From: Cyanophora paradoxa CCMP329
Taxonomy: Eukaryota > Plantae > Glaucophyta
Reading direction: 5' to 3'
DNA length: 64,000 bases
Assembly: GCA_004431415.1 (NCBI GenBank)
Contig: QPMI01000444.1
Span: 201,417 to 265,416 of the forward strand
Part shown: positions 61,801 through 64,000 of the stretch, piece by piece
How positions within the stretch are numbered: position 1 is the first letter of the stretch
How the letters are laid out: each line of letters opens with the position of its first letter
Position numbers and translations under genes: made by a program
The notes under the pieces: model-generated
Databases searched by the model: none
Seen by the model: the letters and a program-made list of their open reading frames with translations, nothing else
What the model was told of the DNA's origin: nothing

Positions 61801-64000
61801 TGGCATCTGAAAGCCGCGCGGGGTCAGGCCTACAGCTTCATCGACTTTGAATGGGGACTAGCAGCGGCGCACGTCTTGGTACACTCGTCCAGGTCGCCGT
61901 TCTTCGCGCCCGCGTCGCACACCTCACTGCTCTTGTTGACAATGCCGTCACTGCGTGTGCATTAGTTAGAAGCTGAGCCAGGCATGCGCATAGGGCTTCA
62001 TACCCGCAGACGGGCATCGCGCAGGTGGCCGTGCAGCTGCGTCAGCAATGTGTCAGCGCACGCCGCGGAATACAGATTTCATCGCATCAAGAGCTTCGCT
62101 CACTGGTCGACCTGACCGTTGGAATCGCCCTCGTCGCCTGCGGCGGAGGACGGTCAAGGACGCAGGGTCTCTCGGCCGCGCCCGGCCCGGGCTTGAGGCC
62201 CCGGAGAGAAAGAAGAGGGGCGCACAGGCCTCGTCGGACTTGTTGACGGCGCCGTCGCCGCACGCGGGGACCTGGCACGTGTCCGTGCACCTTCCCCGAG
62301 CCGCGGATCAGACACAGAGAGGCGACAAGCGCGGCCCGGGTCGGGCTTGCGCACGTGTCCGAAGAGCCGTTTGCCCGGCCCTCGTCGCCTGCCCCGCGCG
62401 CAAAAAGAGTTAGAGGGCGACCGGACATCCCGGGCGGAGCGGGGCGGGATCGGAGCCGGACGCACACTTCTCACTCGTCTGGTTGACTTCTCCGTCTCTG
62501 CAGCAAACGGCGTCATGGTCAGGGGCCAAGCAGGCTCGGGCGCAGTGCCGCGCACCCGCAGCCAGGAAGCCTGCACTCCCGTGTGCAGCTGTCGAGGCTG
62601 CCGTTCTTGTCGCCGGCGTCGCAGTCCTCGTCGGCCTTGTTCACGATGCCGTCACTGATCGCGAGCCGCCGTCAGCCGCCCCCCCGGATCGCCCTCGCTC
62701 GCACTCCATCGCTTACCCGCAGACAGGGAGCTCTGGTCGGGAGGCGGAAGGGCGGATGGGGAGGGGGGTACAGGGTTAGCGGTCGCCGGCCAGGCCTACG
62801 GGGCGGATGCGGGGGCCCGGCGCACTGCATTCGGTTGTGCACTTGCCCTTCTGCCCGTTCTTGTCTGCCCCGTCGTCTGAGGGGTAGGGTGAGAAAGAGG
62901 GTTTCGGGGGAGGGGGGGGGGGGTACGAGGGCGGCCACGGACCGCACTCCTCCCCCGCGTTGACCTTGCCGTCCCTGGCCGCCGGGCGCGTCCCGACTCA
63001 GCGCGCGCCGGCTTAAGCAGAGGGGGGCGGGGCGCACCCGCAGTAGGGGAGGGCGGTGCACTTGGCGGAGCACTTGGAGCCCTCCTTCCCGTTGTTCGCG
63101 CCGTCGTCTGCGCCGCGGGGCCGGCGCCGGCGGAGTCGGCGCCGGCTCGCCGCGCTCGGCGCCGCGAGACGCACCGCACGTCTCGCCCTTCTTGTAGGGC
63201 TCGGGGCCGAGCACTCTGCGCGGGGGCCGGGGCCTCAACTCGTGTGGGGCGCCCAGCAGGCGGCGGCGCTCCGGGCGGCGCACCCGTCCCCGCAGACGGG
63301 CATGAGCTTGCATTTGGAGTTGCACATGACCTCCTTCGCCGCCCCCACGCCTGCCCGCCGCGCGCGCCCCGTCAGCGGCGTCGAAGGGCGCGGAGCCGGG
63401 CTGCGCGCGCGGCGCGGGAGCGCCGGCGCGCCTCTGCCGTTGGAGCCGCCGACGGATGCGTTCCCGAAGTCGCACTGCGAAGCGCGTCAGATGCGCGCCG
63501 GGCCGGGCCGCGCGGCCGGGCACCTCCTCGTCGCCGTTCAGGAGGCCTGAGGGGCGTCGGCGGTTAGAGGCCTAGGCAGCGGGCGGCGCGGCGGGCGGCG
63601 ACGAACCATTGCCGCAGCACTCTGCGCGACGAAGGGAGGGTGTACCGGTCAGCTGTGCGCCCGTCCGCCGGCGGGCTTCGACGAACCGAGGGTCTTGATG
63701 TCCTTGCCTCCGGCGCCCTTCACCGACGGGCACATAGGCGATTTGATCACGCGATCCCAGTTCTGGACGAACAGCCTGAGTCGTTTACGTAAGCGCCGGG
63801 CGCGTCCCAGGGTCGGGGCAGTTAGTCGGAGGTTGGGGCGGGAAGATTCGGGGCGGCGTACGTCTCCAGTTCGGGCGGGGCGAGGTCGAGCAGCTGTCCG
63901 ATGACGCCGCTCGGGGCGGCCTTCGTCGCCTTCGCCATGCTGGCGGTTCGGCTTTTTTTCGGGCTGGGGTACGTATACGCGTGGCCGGCTGGTGAAGGCG
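55816..64000 (-). CDS. Large cysteine-rich repeat protein (about 26 copies of a ~33-aa CGDGxVNxxxExCDxGxxNGxxDxCTxxCxxP unit, DUF4215/myxobacterial Cys-repeat-like) with three copies of an intervening domain; probably begins beyond 64000
   Basis: A phase-consistent chain of dozens of small exons read on the minus strand, e.g. DGIVNQ|AKEECDAGDKNGSADTCTKECKLPVCG, ending ...LDAELALWTWEADEREL* at 55816. The 63.9-kb exon starts cag|C ATG in the same phase as the two internal paralogous exons, so it is probably internal. Confidence 0.85.
57240..62500. repeat. Internal duplication in the Cys-rich gene (about 57240-58650 versus about 61060-62500)
   Basis: The last six repeats of two super-units correspond one-to-one, with near-identical exons and some near-identical introns (57809-57862 vs 61732-61785, 2 mismatches in 54 nt). 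Confidence 0.9.

Noticed and set aside
55816-64000. CRISPR-like array suggested by recurring motifs (e.g. CACCCGCAGACGGG) with unique spacers
   Set aside because: The repeats are exons encoding Cys-rich units and the spacers are GT/GC-AG introns. There are no cas genes.

Overview
A 64-kb window of a very GC-rich, intron-dense eukaryotic nuclear genome. The organism is flagellated (it encodes enkurin) and has plant/algal-type genes (RWP-RK, mTERF, HugZ/HOZ homologue). A glaucophyte such as Cyanophora would fit, but that is inference only. The long ORFs in the supplied track are mostly GC shadow frames; the real genes appear only after splicing out introns of about 50-90 nt. I reconstructed about 15 genes by hand: a membrane class III cyclase, an orphan Ser/Pro-rich protein, a PAQR/AdipoR protein, an F-box protein, a TMCO4/DUF726 protein, an mTERF protein, a 10.9-kb Ser/Thr-kinase-AAA-GAF-histidine kinase-receiver hybrid, an RWP-RK factor, a large Ala-rich orphan, two MFS transporters, enkurin, a HOZ/HugZ protein, a DBP2/DBP3-like helicase, and a micro-exon-encoded cysteine-repeat protein that probably runs off the right edge. 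A lower-GC island (about 29.5-37.4 kb) holds several MITEs and the RWP-RK gene. The most unusual signals are: (1) non-coding DNA crowded with nested short palindromes, with duplicated segments differing by X-revcomp(X)-X micro-insertions, suggesting a fold-back mutational process; (2) an unusually high share of GC-AG introns, many with C-rich 5' halves and G-rich 3' halves and no polypyrimidine tract; (3) a probable adenylyl cyclase with swapped C1/C2 catalytic halves; (4) a hierarchical Cys-repeat protein containing an unrecognised domain in three copies. Exon boundaries are read by eye, so a few start codons are approximate.
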